DNA of 64,000 nucleotides from Octopus sinensis. Its lineage: Eukaryota. Below the pieces are notes generated by a model, which was given only the letters and a program-made list of their open reading frames with translations, was not told the DNA's origin and searched no databases. Position 1 is the first letter of the stretch; every line of letters starts with the position of its first letter. The position numbers and the translations under genes were made by a program. The DNA lies in NCBI RefSeq assembly GCF_006345805.1, contig NC_043008.1, positions 6,882,001-6,946,000 of the forward strand, written 5' to 3'. Positions 43,771-59,238 of the stretch are shown piece by piece.

Positions 43771-44429
43771 TTTTTAAGTGATGTATGTTGAATCAATTAC
43801 AAGAACATCTTATTTGCAGGAAATGATTTTTGAAAATCCTTTCCTTCTTGGAGACCAAAATTACAGAAATCTGTGAGATCATCATTTAGAAATTTAGAGA
43901 ATCTCTAAAGTTTCATAGAATGAAAAACAAATCCAATTTGCAGCTCACTTCAGCTCAAAATATCGGCGAATGAATCAACGACGACAGACGAACAGGATTA
44001 AGAAGATAAATGAAATCACTCTACAAAAGGAAGACAAGTCTTTAAGAATTGGCAAGATATATAATTGTATTTGAAAAAGAAATCCAAGAAATAATTTTTA
44101 CTCAAAAAATATTTCTATTCATTCTCTACATCCAGTCGCAGTTGTGTAAAAACAATGACGTCAGACAGCATCTAATTTTTTGAATCCATTGTCTAATTCT
44201 TTCACTCTGTCTATCTGTTTCTCTCTCTCTCATTATTTGCATTAAACTTCATCATTTAGTCATCTGAACTGTGTTGGTTAGCATTTGGGAAGAAGAACCA
44301 ACTGGGAGAAAACACAATTGTTGACTTCTGAAAGACATCTTTTCAGGTCCGGGTTATACCAACGTTCTCTCAATGATTAGCCGGAGATGATCTTTTAAAA
44401 TGAGTATATCTGAAATAAATTCGACTGCT

Positions 44430-44692
44430 CTTACAAACAAGAATATTAAAAAAGGAACCCGACAGCTCTCAAAAATTAACAAAAAAAAAACAAAAAAAAC
44501 AGGAAAACATAATCCCAAAATCCTCGTCCGGTACCAGATCGTTCTCAAAATCTAATCCATTCGTGCCAGTCACGAGGTCAAATATTCTTGATAGTTTCAT
44601 CCGAATGCATTCAGCAGTTCTCGAGATATCTTGTCCACGGACAACCAAAGACACTCGACTGAAAACGATACCTCCGCCTTCGCAAAAACGGA
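44430..44692 (+). mobile_element. Helentron-associated (HINE/DINE-1-like) element remnant
   Basis: AAACAAGA start, ..AGTTTCATCCGAAT..TTCTCGAGATATC.. core and terminal AAAACGATACCTCCGCCTTCGC partial hairpin, which is the usual layout of these elements. Followed by (CA)n. Confidence 0.45.
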
Positions 44693-44711
44693 TCACACAC
44701 ACACACACACA

Positions 44712-44772
<61 letters not shown>

Positions 44773-45410
44773 TCACACACACACATACACATATATATAT
44801 TCCGTGTGCAATTAAACACATAAGAGGTAGCCATCATAGGACTACCTACATGCTAGAGAAGACAGTTAAATTCCGAACCACTATTAGAGATAAAAATCGA
44901 AGGGAATGAAAAATAAAAACATTTACTATCTAACTATAATCTATTGAGCAAATTTTTGCACGCTAAGCCACTGGTAATGGAAAGTTCTAATATTTCCGAC
45001 TACCCTTTGGTATATATATATATATAATTCCCACACATATGTAAAGCCTTGACGGTAATAATGTACTTTTAACATTATAAACTTCCGTATGCTTATGAAA
45101 AGTATCTTCACATATGGACAAGCACACACAGAGATACACACGGACACGTATAGATATATGTATGCCTGTGCACATGTGCGCCCAAGGAAATTTGAATAGA
45201 CGGAGAAAAGGAAGTTAAGAAATACCAGAAACGCTTACATACTGTGGAGATATGTCTGTGACAGTTTGGCACTTGTGTTCCTTTCAAGAGGTCAGCACCA
45301 GCTGCGTTCTTGCACAACCGAAATTTCTTAGAAACTCTCATTCTCTCTTTCTTTCTTTCACACAAGCAGATAAACAGATATAAATATATTATTTATAAAC
45401 GTATATGTGC

Positions 45411-45445
<35 letters not shown>

Positions 45446-45465
45446 ATATATATATAATATATATA

Positions 45466-45500
<35 letters not shown>

Positions 45501-48500
45501 GTAGCTATATATGCTTCTGTGTTATAACTACTCGTTCTTGTATTCATATAACCAATTTATAAGAAAACTGGGGAGACCTCCTGTTATACAAGTTACAAGT
45601 ACCTGAGACATCCTATTAAAAGTGTATTCAGAAAGTTTTTATATAAAGGAAAACAACCGCAGTTAAAGCGAAACCTCTGTATGTGTTTGTGAGTAACACA
45701 TCTAAATAGTTATTGCTGAATTTGTATGGGTACTTGCACTTCTCTGCAAACAAGTACACTTCCATCAGAAGATTTCATTCTGGTTTGTCTTTTGTCAACG
45801 GGAGAGTCTAAATGACGACTAATGCTTCTTCTCCGACTTTACCATTTGATTTTTCAGTACATTTTATACCGTTTCTATGAGAATCTTTGGTAATATTGTG
45901 CTGTATGGGGGAACGAAGTACGTTACCGTTAATGATGTCTAATAATTCTAGAATATTTCTAGTTTATTCTATTAAATCGGTCCTTAGTAAAGGATCTTGA
46001 TTTAGCCATACCGATTCTTCAAAATACGCAAAAAACGACGAAGTCGATTTCTAGCAAGATTTGAACTTAAAACTTAACGCAACAAAATATAAAGAAGTGC
46101 TTGAAAGTAAGCATTCTACCATATGCCACTCTCTGTTACGGAGGAACCAAGCACAGAAGTAGTATTATTGCAGACCATGTAAAGTTGCCTTTATTTGCTC
46201 CGTTCTGGCAATAGGTTCCTCCTTAACCATCCGAGATATCTTAAGTTTCCAAACCTTTTATTTTGTAACCAAATTAGTTTGAGTTCTTCAAAAATACACT
46301 TTGTAGTATTTTTTTATTGTTGCTTAAAATATATACTTATTGAAATGTTTCCAGAAAAGAATATTCCGATTTTAAAACTCCCGCTCCAAGACAGGTCATA
46401 TTTGGCCAGTATTGATAAGAAAACCGTCTAAACTAATGTTGGTGGTGATTAATGACACAAACAGGGAATATTTTCAACAGAATAATATTCTTTTGCGTCC
46501 AAATAAACGTTTGAATGCGCTTTCCATCACTGTTAAACAATACCTTGGAAAAACGAAAGAAATAAAGTCAAACAAAAATCATAAAATGCTGGCATAGAAC
46601 TGAAAAATAAAGAAAAAAATGTCGAAAAGACTAAGTTATATAGTGATACTTATCACATGCAAACAAACCTAACCGCATTTCCCGGCAGTAAATATTGTAA
46701 AACAAAATAGAAATAATGTTTGGAGATAAAACAAAAAATAGAGACGACTACACATTGATCAATGTGAACAAGAGTTAAAAGCTATCAGTGAAAATGTCCG
46801 ACATCAAAAGAGAATTGCTTGAAGAAAAATAATTAGAAACAAATCTGTGAAAAATCAATCAGGAATTAAGGAGGAGACATAAGGGAGACAATCAATGACA
46901 GTCAGACAGGTTCCTTCCCAGGAGAGAACAGATTCGTTCTGGAGAAAATTCAGGAGAAAAATAGTTTAATGTGGATGCAATACGGTTACTAGAAATCCGA
47001 AAAATGTTTTGTCTCTGCTTTTGACCAATAGAATTTTCTTTTTTTAGGTAATATTTATGAGATTGTGAAAAGATAAGTTGAGAATAGGAAGATACCAAGA
47101 AAAGAGTTGGTTGTCTACTGTAGGTGAGTGATAAAGACAAAAGCATCTACGAGGATTATCGTATTGAACTTTAGCAGCAAGCTAAATAAAGATATAAATG
47201 CACTCTGCTGGCGAGCGTGGTTGCAAAAAAAAAAAGAAAATTAAGGAAATGAAACCACTTACATAATAAAAATAAAGAAAAAAAAATCTATTGACTGTTT
47301 GCAGAATTGCATGTCAGAATTGAATGTCTACTGTGTAAGCAGTCTGCCTGAATTCATTCCTCCTGGAATCACTGTGTCAGTAACTATATTAACAAAGCCA
47401 AACATGCAACCGGAAATAAAAGATTTTCTCGATGTTCTAGACAACTTTTAATCCACAAAACTATGATGGAAAAGGCGAGACTGTATCAGAGGAATTTGTT
47501 TGCCGTCTGGTTAGCAGCGAATTCTGCTCTTCTCTTGTGGACACTAGAGTTTCTTTAATTTACTAAAGTTTTAATTACCAAATCAGCATTATAGGCACAT
47601 TAGCTAGAGCCTGAACCAGCATCTTACAGATTAAACACTGGAAACGATTGGATAGTCACTGGCAGGGTAAAGTATAGAAAACATATCCTTCAAAGAGGCA
47701 GTCTCTTCCGTCTCCCCTCTCTCTCTCTCGTTTTGACGGATTTTCTACGCTCAGTGAGCCACGTATACTTTTTGTTGAAACATTCTGAACAGAACATAAT
47801 TAAATTACAAGGATACAAAAATACGAAACTGGTAAACATTTTAAATTGGGAAAGAGGCCGAAAATATATGGTATAAAGTGCATTGAACAAGTAGGTATCA
47901 GGCTGGAGTTTGATCTACCTGATCACAAGATGAGGGAGAAACTGAAAGACAGAAGCGCAATCTTTATCGATCACCTGACTCTTTATTTGATGTCTGACGA
48001 GGAATGCTATAGGAGCAAAGAATGGATGAAAATATATCGACTATCGTATTTATAACAGATAACCAATTCATATAACATGACGGTTCTTTAGAGCAGAGCA
48101 GTGTGCATGCAATAAATCTGTGGCCCCCTATCTGTTTGTTGCAACAGTATACATTTATCAGTACTTGGGACATTAGAGGGTACACTATAAGAGATCCTGT
48201 CCACCTGTGATAAAACCTCAAAATCATCAACCACCGACGGCTTCCAATTAAAACGTAATGAAGAAATCAAAATATTTAGCATTACTTTAAAGAACCACTC
48301 TATGTTGCATCAGATACCGCCAACAGCAACAGCAATTAAACACCGATTATTAGAGTACAAGCAAGGAACAATAATGCATACACGAGGGAAATACTATCAT
48401 ATGAGTTGGTAAGTAGCGTTTAGAAAAGAATCCTTAGACACGTGACTAAGAATAGTTCCACAGAACAACAGATGAAAAAAACTTATCAGCGGAAGGCCAT

Positions 48501-49485
48501 AAATACTTCAGAATGTTAGTAACATAAATAACGAAAGTAGTCTGTCTTCGCTCCTCTCACTTGGTTAGTTATGCTTTTGTAATCCAGTAACAGGAAATGA
48601 GTAGAATTGCTTGGACCAACCATTCTTGCAACACAGCTGGACGCTAGAGAAGATGGCGATTGATGTTAAAACCTTTCAGGATTTTAATTATTAACCAACA
48701 ACAAAAACTAATGCACCAAAGTGACATAAATCTTGTATATCTAAAACCAAAACAACGAGGCAACGGCTTAGCAACGATTCTTAAAACTTTCTAAACGTCG
48801 TTGGATATTCATTTCTCTGTATCCTACTCCACTCAGCGTCAAAGTGCATTCGAGGCACAATGATGTATTCATTAGACAAATAAACCGATGAGATTTGGGG
48901 GAAATGGTTTTCGGAAAATAATCGCTGACTATACACGTCCATTGAAGTAATTGCACGGCTCTTCCGCAAGAGGCCCTCATTATTTAATAGGTACCATGTG
49001 TGGTTATGTTGTCTAAAACCTTCAAAGTTACAAAGTAATACAGATTATCTACGTAGTTTAGAGCTGATCAGCCAGCAATAAATGTATTATCTCTCACTTC
49101 AAAATGTACTACTTTGAAACCCAGAAACAGCAAAAATACCAAATGCACAAAAAGTAATGATTTTCGAAGAAAAGAAACACCGAGAAAAGAATAAGTTCCT
49201 TTGCCCCAAGAAGTGAAAAAAACCTCCCATTCACCCGATGGTGCCTCTTCACTCGTCATTTAATATCGGATGCTAAGATAGCATATTCTTTGTGCAGTTC
49301 TTATTCCTTAAAGAGCAACATGGCAAAGCTTTAGGCGTTCCTCTTCTCACCACAATTGAACGCTCCACAAATCCTTCTTTTTGATGTATCACTAGCGACG
49401 TAGACCCTTGCTACTTTCCTATGAATTCGAACTTCATTTTAACGTCGAGAAAGACAATAAAACTATTGAAATATCATAAGAATGG

Positions 49486-49518
<33 letters not shown>

Positions 49519-49834
49519 CGAGAGCGAGAGAAGAGCAAGAGAGATGAAGATGGAGTTTGAAAACGAGCATTAGAGAGAGAGAGAGAATCTGAGAGAATAT
49601 ATTGTAGCATAAATTAAGGCTATAACGACAAAAGTGTTATTAAAATAATAGGTAGAGAGATTTTAAGAGGCAAATATTGCAGAAAAATGAAATATGATAA
49701 TGAGAAACTAAAATAAATAAATAATATAAGAAGAGTTAGGAACGATGAACACAATGGAGGCCAAACAATAAAACATGATGACATAGAGAAGCAGTGCTTT
49801 CTTTTTCTTTTTTGTCCAGTGAAATTGCTATCCG

Positions 49835-49847
49835 GTTGCTAAGCAAC
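49835..49847. promoter_or_regulatory. Candidate RFX X-box motif
   Basis: Palindromic GTTGCT-A-AGCAAC in non-repetitive sequence. Confidence 0.3.
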
Positions 49848-50817
49848 GGGAAAAATGCAGATGTTCACGACATGCAGTCACTTTAATCAAAAAGAAATTC
49901 AAACACTCATCTAAGGAATGAAGTTAAAGCGACACTTCACGAAGAAAAGATGTGTTGTCTAAAACAGAACATACTTGAGAAAGTGTGTTGTGTGTACATA
50001 ACGCTGTTTATGTGTACACGTGTGTGTGTGTGTGTGTGTGTATGTGTGTGTATGTTTGTGTGTTTGTCCATTATTCTGTTATTGTGTGGAAGTGCACATT
50101 TGAATATTCTTGTAGATAAGAAAATGTGATCATAATGTGTATGAAAGCGTCAATCATTAAAGTATGTGTGTGTGTGTGCGTGTGTTTGTTTACGTGTGTA
50201 TGTGTGTATGTGTGTGCATGTATATGCGTGAATGTGTATGTGTGTGTGTCTGTGTATATCTGTTTGTAGGATATGGTTTACATTACTTCAAACATATTGT
50301 TAGTGCGTATATCTTTGCACGCATATGTGATATGTGTATGTGTGTATGCGTACGTGTATGTGAATCTGTGTGTGCGCGAGTGTAAGTTTGGATACGTTTC
50401 TGTATTGCTCAATGGCAATAGAACGGCAGAATGTAGGCTAAACAATAATCTTTAACGATTATTATATGTAGAGGAATATCGTAAGACGCTTGGTGGTTGG
50501 AACCCCAAGGAAGACATTCACAGATTCTCGCGTGTCTTCTCTAAATCACGTTCACCCAACTACCTTCAAGAAACCATAATATAGATAACATATGCATACG
50601 TACAATCTCACATACACACACACGCACACACACGCATGCACGCACAATACAATACGACACAATGGATTTTTCTTACGGCTCATTCGAGTATTTCCATCAT
50701 GGAATTTCCTCTCCTGGAATGAATATTATGCGACCTTTTTCTTTCATGGAAGACCTACTGTTGCTTACGCATGCGAGCCTCCCACTCTCCATGCCATGAA
50801 TATTGTTCAAGGGATAT

Positions 50818-50967
50818 GGCGGCGAGCTGGCAGAATAGTTAACACGCCGAGCAAAATACTTAACCGCATTTCGTCCGTCTTTACGTTCTGCGTTCAAATT
50901 CAACCCAGGTCGACCTTGCCGTTCATCTATTCGGATCGATAAAATAAGTACCAGTTTAACACTGGAC
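50818..50967 (+). mobile_element. SINE family A, 3'-truncated
   Basis: GGCGGCGAGCTGGCAGAATAGTTAACACGCCG..GTTCAAATTC..GATAAAATAAGTACCAG, collinear with 56379-56530. Confidence 0.8.
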
Positions 50968-51176
50968 TCCAAGATATACACCATAGAATAGTTTTTGTAT
51001 ACTCCAACCAATATTTCTGTTCTATAACGTGAAGTATATACCATGATATGTATATGGCACATACATACATACGTACATAGATACGTACGTACACATAAAT
51101 ACATACATACATACATATATACAGACTGACAGTCAGACATATTCTCACATTATATATATATACACACACACATATA

Positions 51177-51208
<32 letters not shown>

Positions 51209-51209
51209 T

Positions 51210-51260
<51 letters not shown>

Positions 51261-51737
51261 TATGTATCTATGTTTATTGTTGCACAGTAGCTCCTCTTTA
51301 GTTGATAGTATAAATTTAATAAGATCACTGACGAGAATTATGCCACTACCACGTGACTATCAGCAGACACAGCGTTATATAACTTGTTGTCTATTGGTAG
51401 ATGTATGCACACTTATGCATGTGCACACACCATACATACGCACGCACACACACAAACACAACCACACACACACAGGCACAAGAGAACGATAACAATTGCA
51501 TCACACACAACGATAACAATTGCGTCGAACGATCTCACCACGAAATACCACCATCACTTCTGTTTCAATTTTAACATTTAAACACTGCAAGGCAGAAATT
51601 AACATTTAACCTCTGAACCGCCAGAAATGGAGGCCCGCTCATTGCCTTCTTTAAACAATTGACTTATACCATTTTACATTCTGCATTCAAATTGGCAAAC
51701 AATTGTGAAACGATGGTTTTTTTTTTTGTTTTCTGAC

Positions 51738-51925
51738 ATGGCGGATGCAGAGAATCGTCAATCCGTCGGATAAGATGCTTACAATTACGTTTCTTTAGGA
51801 TCGTAGATCGAATCCTGACATCTTCAACTTCGCCTTTCATTCTACTGGGAAACTTGTCGAGAACTTGGTCGAATTAATCAATCAATTTGTCCCTTCCTGA
51901 AAATTTCAGACCTTGTGCTTAAAAA
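51738..51925 (+). mobile_element. Diverged SINE family A
   Basis: TGGCGGATGCAGAGAATCG..ACTTCGCCTTTCATTCT..AAATTTCAGACCTTGTGC. Confidence 0.55.
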
Positions 51926-53119
51926 CAATATTTTTTAAAATCTATTCTCTTGTGTCAGTATAATAAGTAACAGTTGCGAACCATGATGGATCCTATCAAC
52001 TTTAGGTCTCTCTCCTCCGCTCTCTCTTTCTCTCTCTTGCAAATGTATGGCTTTACTTTTCCATATGGTGTAGTTAAGTAACAATGAGATTTCCATGATT
52101 TTTCGCACGATCCCTGACACTAGATGGGGTAGAAACAGGAAGACATATTGAATTATTCTTAGACCGGCATCTTGTTTGGTATGATAAAGAAGGCCAATGG
52201 ACAGTGGACAGTGTTAGATCTACTGCTACAAACACACAACCCAACTGGCGACCTTCTACCGTGCTTTCATTTGTACCATTATTTCCATTTTCAATCATCG
52301 AATCAACTCGTGTTTATTATGACAAAAATCTTACCCAAAGTAGAATTGAACTCACACCAACAGAATAACGGAGCAATCTTTTATAACCTCAATCAAGTCT
52401 GCTCCAATATCATAAAATAAATATTTACATCCAATAAATGGAAAAGCAAGGAACTATGAATGGTTAAACCAATGCGATATCGGATCACAAGACGAAAGTT
52501 TGTTTCCCTCCACCGACTCAGCAATGTATTATGGGATAGCAAAGCAATAGGATTAAACAAGAAATCATACGTTAATGGATTTGGAGAAAATCACAAGATT
52601 CTACATTAATATGTTCCTCCAAAGTTACCAGAAAGCGTATTCTCCTGTTGTGCTGCTTAAATCACAGACTTCCATTATGTCTCGAATAAAAGAACATCAA
52701 ATTTGCATCATAGAATTTTATTATTCATCATTCTAATTATATATAATTATATGTATGCGTATTCCATGGTTTCTGTATTATTCTATCCTATATATTGTCT
52801 GTTGTCGTTTACATACATACTGAACCACTCAAATTCGTGTATCTATGTATGTATACACGAATATATAAATATGTTAGGAATGTTTTAAGTGTCTGCGCGC
52901 GTGTATGTGTCTGTATGTATTTGTACACATTGAATATTCCATAGAGAAAGATATTATCAGTGATTGAGCGAATTTAAAATGATGGAAAGAGAGTTAGAGA
53001 GCGAGAGAGGAAAGTAAGAAGGCGAGAGTGAAAGAGTTAGGGAGAGAAAGACGGAGCTGTTAAAGTAGAGAGAACATCTAATGTTGATGAATAGACATAA
53101 ATACAACTGGAACTTGTTT

Positions 53120-53570
53120 CTTCATATAATATGCTTATTCCCAACATGTCGTCGACGCTACCTGCTCTTTCGCCATTGCAGTTGAGCAGCAGTCTGTATT
53201 TGTTTCATGGTTTCGTTTAACTACCGACCACTTTACCTTCATCTCTGCCTTTATTTAATCACTTTAGTTCTCTAGTACCCGATCCTACAGAACCTTCCGT
53301 TCCTCCAACCTGACTTCGCTGCTTTTTATATAATCCCTCAGCTTTCTCTTCTTTCCTCTATGCGCATGCTCAACCAGCGTAACGTTCTGCTGCGTAGGTT
53401 TTTCTTGCTTCGCCATATACACACTGGAGCCTTTTCCTGTTCATTTTCCTGCAGCAACGCATGTATCAATATTTCTAACAGGACGACTGAAGCAAGAAAA
53501 AAATAAAATCGACCAAAAAAATACTACGCCATACTGAATTGTAGCTTATGGCTTCAGTTTTCACTATCTG
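53120..53570 (-). mobile_element. Old LINE 3' remnant (RTE-like)
   Basis: Minus strand gives a LRSRTLRW-like peptide resembling the RLRW.GH region of RTE C-termini. Heavily decayed. Confidence 0.35.
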
Positions 53571-54289
53571 AATTTCTCCCTCTGCAGTATTAGGGATCTC
53601 CTCTTTCACGTTTGCCTCCACGAGGAACAATTAATTTCCCTCCAATTAGGGTTAATAATTGCTTTAGGCACAATACACTCACCCTTTCATGGACATCACT
53701 CGCATACGACCATTCACTCACACATGCACACATACACGACATTATACCTTCTTTATCCACTTCTACAGCAACACTCTACATCCTCTCTACTGACCACAAA
53801 ACCATCCATATACACGCAGACTCACACAATATACTAACGCATACGATTACTCACATTGACACACACACTCCCTTACATATATTCACAATGCCCTCACATT
53901 ACTTTAAACCTATTTTGAAAAGTATCCATACTCTTACTCTTTCTCATTTATCTCCCTTAGTTGTAAACCGTCAGTCTACATTCTTCACTTTACTCTGTCG
54001 CCTTAGCCATAAATACTATGGATTTTTATGAAGAATATCCATTTTCCATTTTTTGTTTTTCACCAAGGAGCACAACCCCTCAGAGCAGATATACACGGCC
54101 TTGTAGATTTGATCTCTGTTTTGTTGTCATTTGAATTTCTGGAGACAGTTGGGATAGACAAAATGGACGAAATATGGACGGGAAGAATGAGATGAATGGA
54201 TTCTACCATGATAGGACGACATGTTGGGTGAAAAGACAGCATAGTCAAAATGAGCAGCGATGGATAAATAGATATATTTGTGTGTGTGT

Positions 54290-54326
<37 letters not shown>

Positions 54327-55394
54327 ATATATAGTTAATACCCCACAAAAAAAACAAGGAAAAAATAAGAAGAAAGTAAAATATGTGTATATATGTATAT
54401 ATAGAGATATAGATACATACATACATGAATAGATAGATCAATAGATAAATAGTGGGGCAGACATATATATATACTTATATGTGTGTAATTTTGTGCATAT
54501 GCCTATATGCATGAATGAATATAATCATATACATACATACGTATATATACATACGTATATATACATACGTATAAACATATATTCATACGTATATATATAT
54601 ATACATATAAATCTATATACACACATATAAATCTATATACACACACATGTATATATGTGCATGCATACGTTAACATAGATATATGTGTGTATTTACTTAC
54701 ATATGTATGCATGTGTGTGGGCATATACACTGAAAGAGAGAGGGAGAAAGAGAAGGGGTGAGCATGAATGGATAATTGAATGAATGGAAGCTAGAGAGGA
54801 AGATACGCGTAACACTAGAGAGGAGAGCCAATTAGAGAGAGGAGGAAGGCGCAGGATGAGAGAGAGAGATAGGGACAGAAATAGAGAGAAAGACAGAGTG
54901 AGAGAGTGTGTGACAAAGAGTGTGTGAAAGAAAGAGAGATAGATGAACAGAGGCGCAGAGAAAAATAAGGGCAGCTATTCAGAATTAAATTATGGAATAA
55001 AAGCAAAACTAAAAAAATAAAGTAGGTTTCATTAGCCAATCACCAATACCATAAAATAACAACAACAACAACAATAAGAAGAACAACAGCTAAACGAAGA
55101 ACAGTTGTGTCTGCAGCTAGATAATTTATCCAAGAATATAAATGATGATATTATGCAAAGCTTGGTCATTAGTGTGCAGTCAAAGGTAGAAAAGCCTTTA
55201 ACCTCCAGTCTGCAGTGTTTTCAGAGATTGCTGAAAATTAAATTAAATGTCACTTATTGAATTGTAAACAATGTGCAGCTCGCAAAGAAACAGATCTCTG
55301 GTGCCACAGATCTTACAGACAGACACATTTACACACGCTCAAACACACTAACGGCTTTGAATACATAGATGCAATCATTTATATTGATTTATAT

Positions 55395-55427
<33 letters not shown>

Positions 55428-55520
55428 TATTATATATATATATATATTATATATATATATACATATGTATATATATATATGTATATATATATATCTATAT
55501 ATCTAATATATTTATATATC

Positions 55521-55558
<38 letters not shown>

Positions 55559-55565
55559 ATATATA

Positions 55566-55602
<37 letters not shown>

Positions 55603-55609
55603 TAGATAT

Positions 55610-55642
<33 letters not shown>

Positions 55643-56378
55643 GTATGTATATATATTTATAGCGTTATGCACGATTATAATGGCACGCATAATTATGTAT
55701 AGATATAGATTATATAACACATATTTACATATGTAAAACTACGCACTCACGTATTTATATATGTTTTGTGCAGATTTCCGTCTATGTGTTTGTGTATGTT
55801 AGTCATACATGAAATTTATTATTTGTGTGTATGTGTATGTGTTGTTTTTTTTATTACCATTATTTATTGTATATATATGTCATGTATTTGTCGACAACAA
55901 AATTTCAGTCCTACCAAATCCTATTATCATTGTACATAAAAACCTACGTACATCCCAAAACACACACGCAAGCACATATGCATGTAGCACCAAGGTACAC
56001 ATACATGCCCAAACCCATATGTGTATGTATACATATATACGTATATATTCATATAAATACATACATATACATATATTATATATATATATGTTCCTAAATA
56101 CTTGAGTGGAGACGCGTCTCTAATCTACGAGAATGGTTAAAGTACAGAAAGAACAAATACTTATGAATCCTGTGTGGCATCAGGAAGTACCAGGTTCGGT
56201 CGTACTGCACCGCAGCTAAAGCGAATATTTACTATAGCCTCGGTTAAACAATGATGAGCTAGCGAAATTGGCTAGAGAGAAACTGTGTAGAATCCCATAA
56301 TATATTTTTTGTTTTCTTCCATTCTCTCTCTCCCCACCCCAAGACGTTTTTTCATAACTTGTCTGGGGGGCGTATTTG

Positions 56379-56607
56379 GGCGACCTGGCAGAATTGTTAA
56401 GACGCCGGGCGAAATGCTTAGCGGTATTTCGTCTGTCGTTACGTTCTGAGTTCAAATTCCGCCGAGGTCGACTTTGCCTTTCATCCTTTCGGGGTCGATA
56501 AATTAAGTACCATTCGCGCACTGGGGTCGATGTAATCGACTTAATACCTATGTCTGTCCTTGTTTGTCCCCTCTATGTTTAGCCCCTTGTGGGTAATAAA
56601 AGAAATA
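56379..56607 (+). mobile_element. Full-length tRNA-derived SINE (family A, Nin/Deu-like central domain) with 8-bp TSD
   Basis: Box A-like TGGCAGAATTG, box B GAGTTCAAATTCC, central GCCTTTCATCCTTTCGGGGTCGATAAATTAAGTACC. Flanked by CGTATTTG at 56371-56378 and 56608-56615. Confidence 0.85.
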
Positions 56608-57331
56608 CGTATTTGATTTGTCAAGATCAACACTGGACTTCTACCGCGTCACCATCAGCTCTGACTTATCTTTGCCATTGCGTGTGCTGTTACCCACGCA
56701 CCCCTACGTAACACAATTTGTCAAACTGTTTCATTGAATGCGAATTGAATTTGTGATCTTTATATGTCTTGCAGGCCATGATCATAGAATAACATAGAAA
56801 CGGCACATCTTTTCTCTCTTGCATGACTTCTTTTGAGACCTCAGCTCGTATTAATATATAATATATATTGAGTGTTGCGATGCTAGTCATTCGGTTGCTT
56901 ATTTCCCAAATCCTCCGACTGAACGACGGATAAGAAATCAAATTTTCATTTATATTAACTCAATTTATATCGATTTCTATCTATCTACATACGTTGCACA
57001 TATCACACATGCATGTATGTATGTATGTATGTATGTATGTATGTATATATGTCTGCATATGTTTGTATATGCGTGTGTGTATATGTATAGAAATGCGTAT
57101 ATATATATATACGTATATATACATATATATATATATATACGTATGTATATAAATATATATATATATATACGTATGTATATATATATATATATATACGTAT
57201 ATATATAAATATATATATATATATATACGTATGTATATATATATATACGTATATATACATATATCTACGTATGTATATATATATATACGTATGTATATAT
57301 ATATACGTATATATACATATATATACGTAGG

Positions 57332-57372
<41 letters not shown>

Positions 57373-57388
57373 CGTATATATATATACG

Positions 57389-57431
<43 letters not shown>

Positions 57432-57460
57432 ATATATATATATACGTATATATATATACG

Positions 57461-57499
<39 letters not shown>

Positions 57500-57984
57500 T
57501 CACACACATCTATATCTATATATATATAAGTATATATATATATGTGTGTATCTCCTCCTCTCTCTCTCTACACCCACACACATATATATTATGTATGTAT
57601 TATATGCATATAACCATCACGTAGACAGATACGTGCACACAAATGCATACACGCAACTATATTACATTGGGTGAGACAAGCGTGTAGATGTTGACAGGTG
57701 GGAGGTAGAATGGTAAGCAGGCTAAACTGCTAAGAGGTAAGCAAAGTGCAGACCTATATTCGGTGCCAACCCTCATTAAACATCTTAAGAAGATAGATTG
57801 ACGTCGGAAACAGCGGCGAAGTGAACAACTTCCGCGTCAGCTTTTGGTGACATGCTATAAATGCTAGAAATTGATCTTCATGTCAAGAACTCTCGAGCGA
57901 TTCCGATCAGTCTTATCTTCAGATTGTCGTCAAAAGCAAGAACAAGAACGTCAACAGCTGTTGCCATTCTTAAGGGACAAAGTC

Positions 57985-58174
57985 ACAAGTTCAGGGGAGA
58001 GATACAGTCGTTTATATCGGTCCCAGAGCTAGAGTGGTGCCTTATTTTATAGATCCACGTTGGAGGGGTGAGCGGTAAGGTTAAATTTGACCCGATTTGA
58101 GCTCAGAATGTCAAATGCCGAAAAATATATTACGCGTTATTCTATCTATGCACAAAAAATTCTGCTACTCTGTT

Positions 58175-58212
<38 letters not shown>

Positions 58213-58348
58213 TACGACTTATTCTATCGACCCTGAAAGGATGACGGGCAAAGTCAATCTCGACGGCATTTGAACTCAGAACGTAAAAACGGACGAAATG
58301 CCGCTAAGCATTTCACCCGGCGTGCTAACGAGTCTGCCAGTTCGCGGC
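57985..58348 (-). mobile_element. Two adjacent SINE family A copies (an older one at ~57985-58150 and a younger one at 58215-58348) separated by (AAT)n
   Basis: TCGACCCTGAAAGGATGACGGGCAAAGTCAATCTCGACGGCATTTGAACTCAGAACGT..GCTAACGAGTCTGCCAG, plus a more diverged upstream copy. Confidence 0.7.
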
Positions 58349-58573
58349 TTTATAACTTGTATATATTCATTTGGGTGTGTATGTATGTGTGTGTGTGTGT
58401 GTGTGTGTATGCATAGAGTGCTTGCTACCTTGGAGCTTGGACTACGGGCAGGAAAATGAAAGGGACAAGCCCTGAATGACAGCAGGTCGCTGGTGTATTG
58501 TGGAACAATCTTTTCTATACTTTCGGCAAATTTACAGGGCATCTCAGTTGTTATTATATGAATAATAATAATA

Positions 58574-58628
<55 letters not shown>

Positions 58629-59206
58629 GAGAAGAAGAAAACGAAAACTATAGAATTTATGAATCCTTTGAATGCTAAAGGGTTCTTCTGAATCATCCTT
58701 TGTATCTGTCTAGAAACTGTTAAGTCGTGACCGAAAAGAATTTATTGGACATTACAGCACGTTTGAACCAATTGCAGATGGTTGGTTTCGTCTCCGAACA
58801 TAAAACCACAAATGATACACGATTAAGATCAAACCTCAAGCATTAACAGGAAGTCGATCTTTATAAGAGAATAAATATATTAGGATAAATTAAGATATTT
58901 TAAAAGCTGACACCGTAGCCAATTAAGTGTGTGTCGAATGTAACACACGCAATAGATGAGGATATTGTGTGTGTCTCTAAACCTGTGGAAATATATTGAT
59001 GACACATGGTGATGTATATATATATATATATATATATATTTAAAAAATAGGATAAAATCTTAATAAGAAATTATCAAGTAGTTAGCGTGAAAAACCTCAT
59101 AAGAGAAAAAACTGTTAATTTTTTTCACTTGAAAATATTTATTTATATATATTATTTATATTATTTATATTATATATTATTTATATATATATTATAATAA
59201 TGCCCC

Positions 59207-59238
<32 letters not shown>

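Noticed and set aside
46850-48680. Possible very old non-LTR retrotransposon remnant
   Set aside because: Purine-biased and vaguely coding-like, but I could not recover an unambiguous RT or endonuclease motif by eye. Needs tBLASTn/HMM.
59040-59190. AT-rich segment next to (TA)n, possibly another pLTR remnant (similar setting at 26030-26680 and 27760-28010)
   Set aside because: No intact hammerhead core and no second copy in the window to support it.
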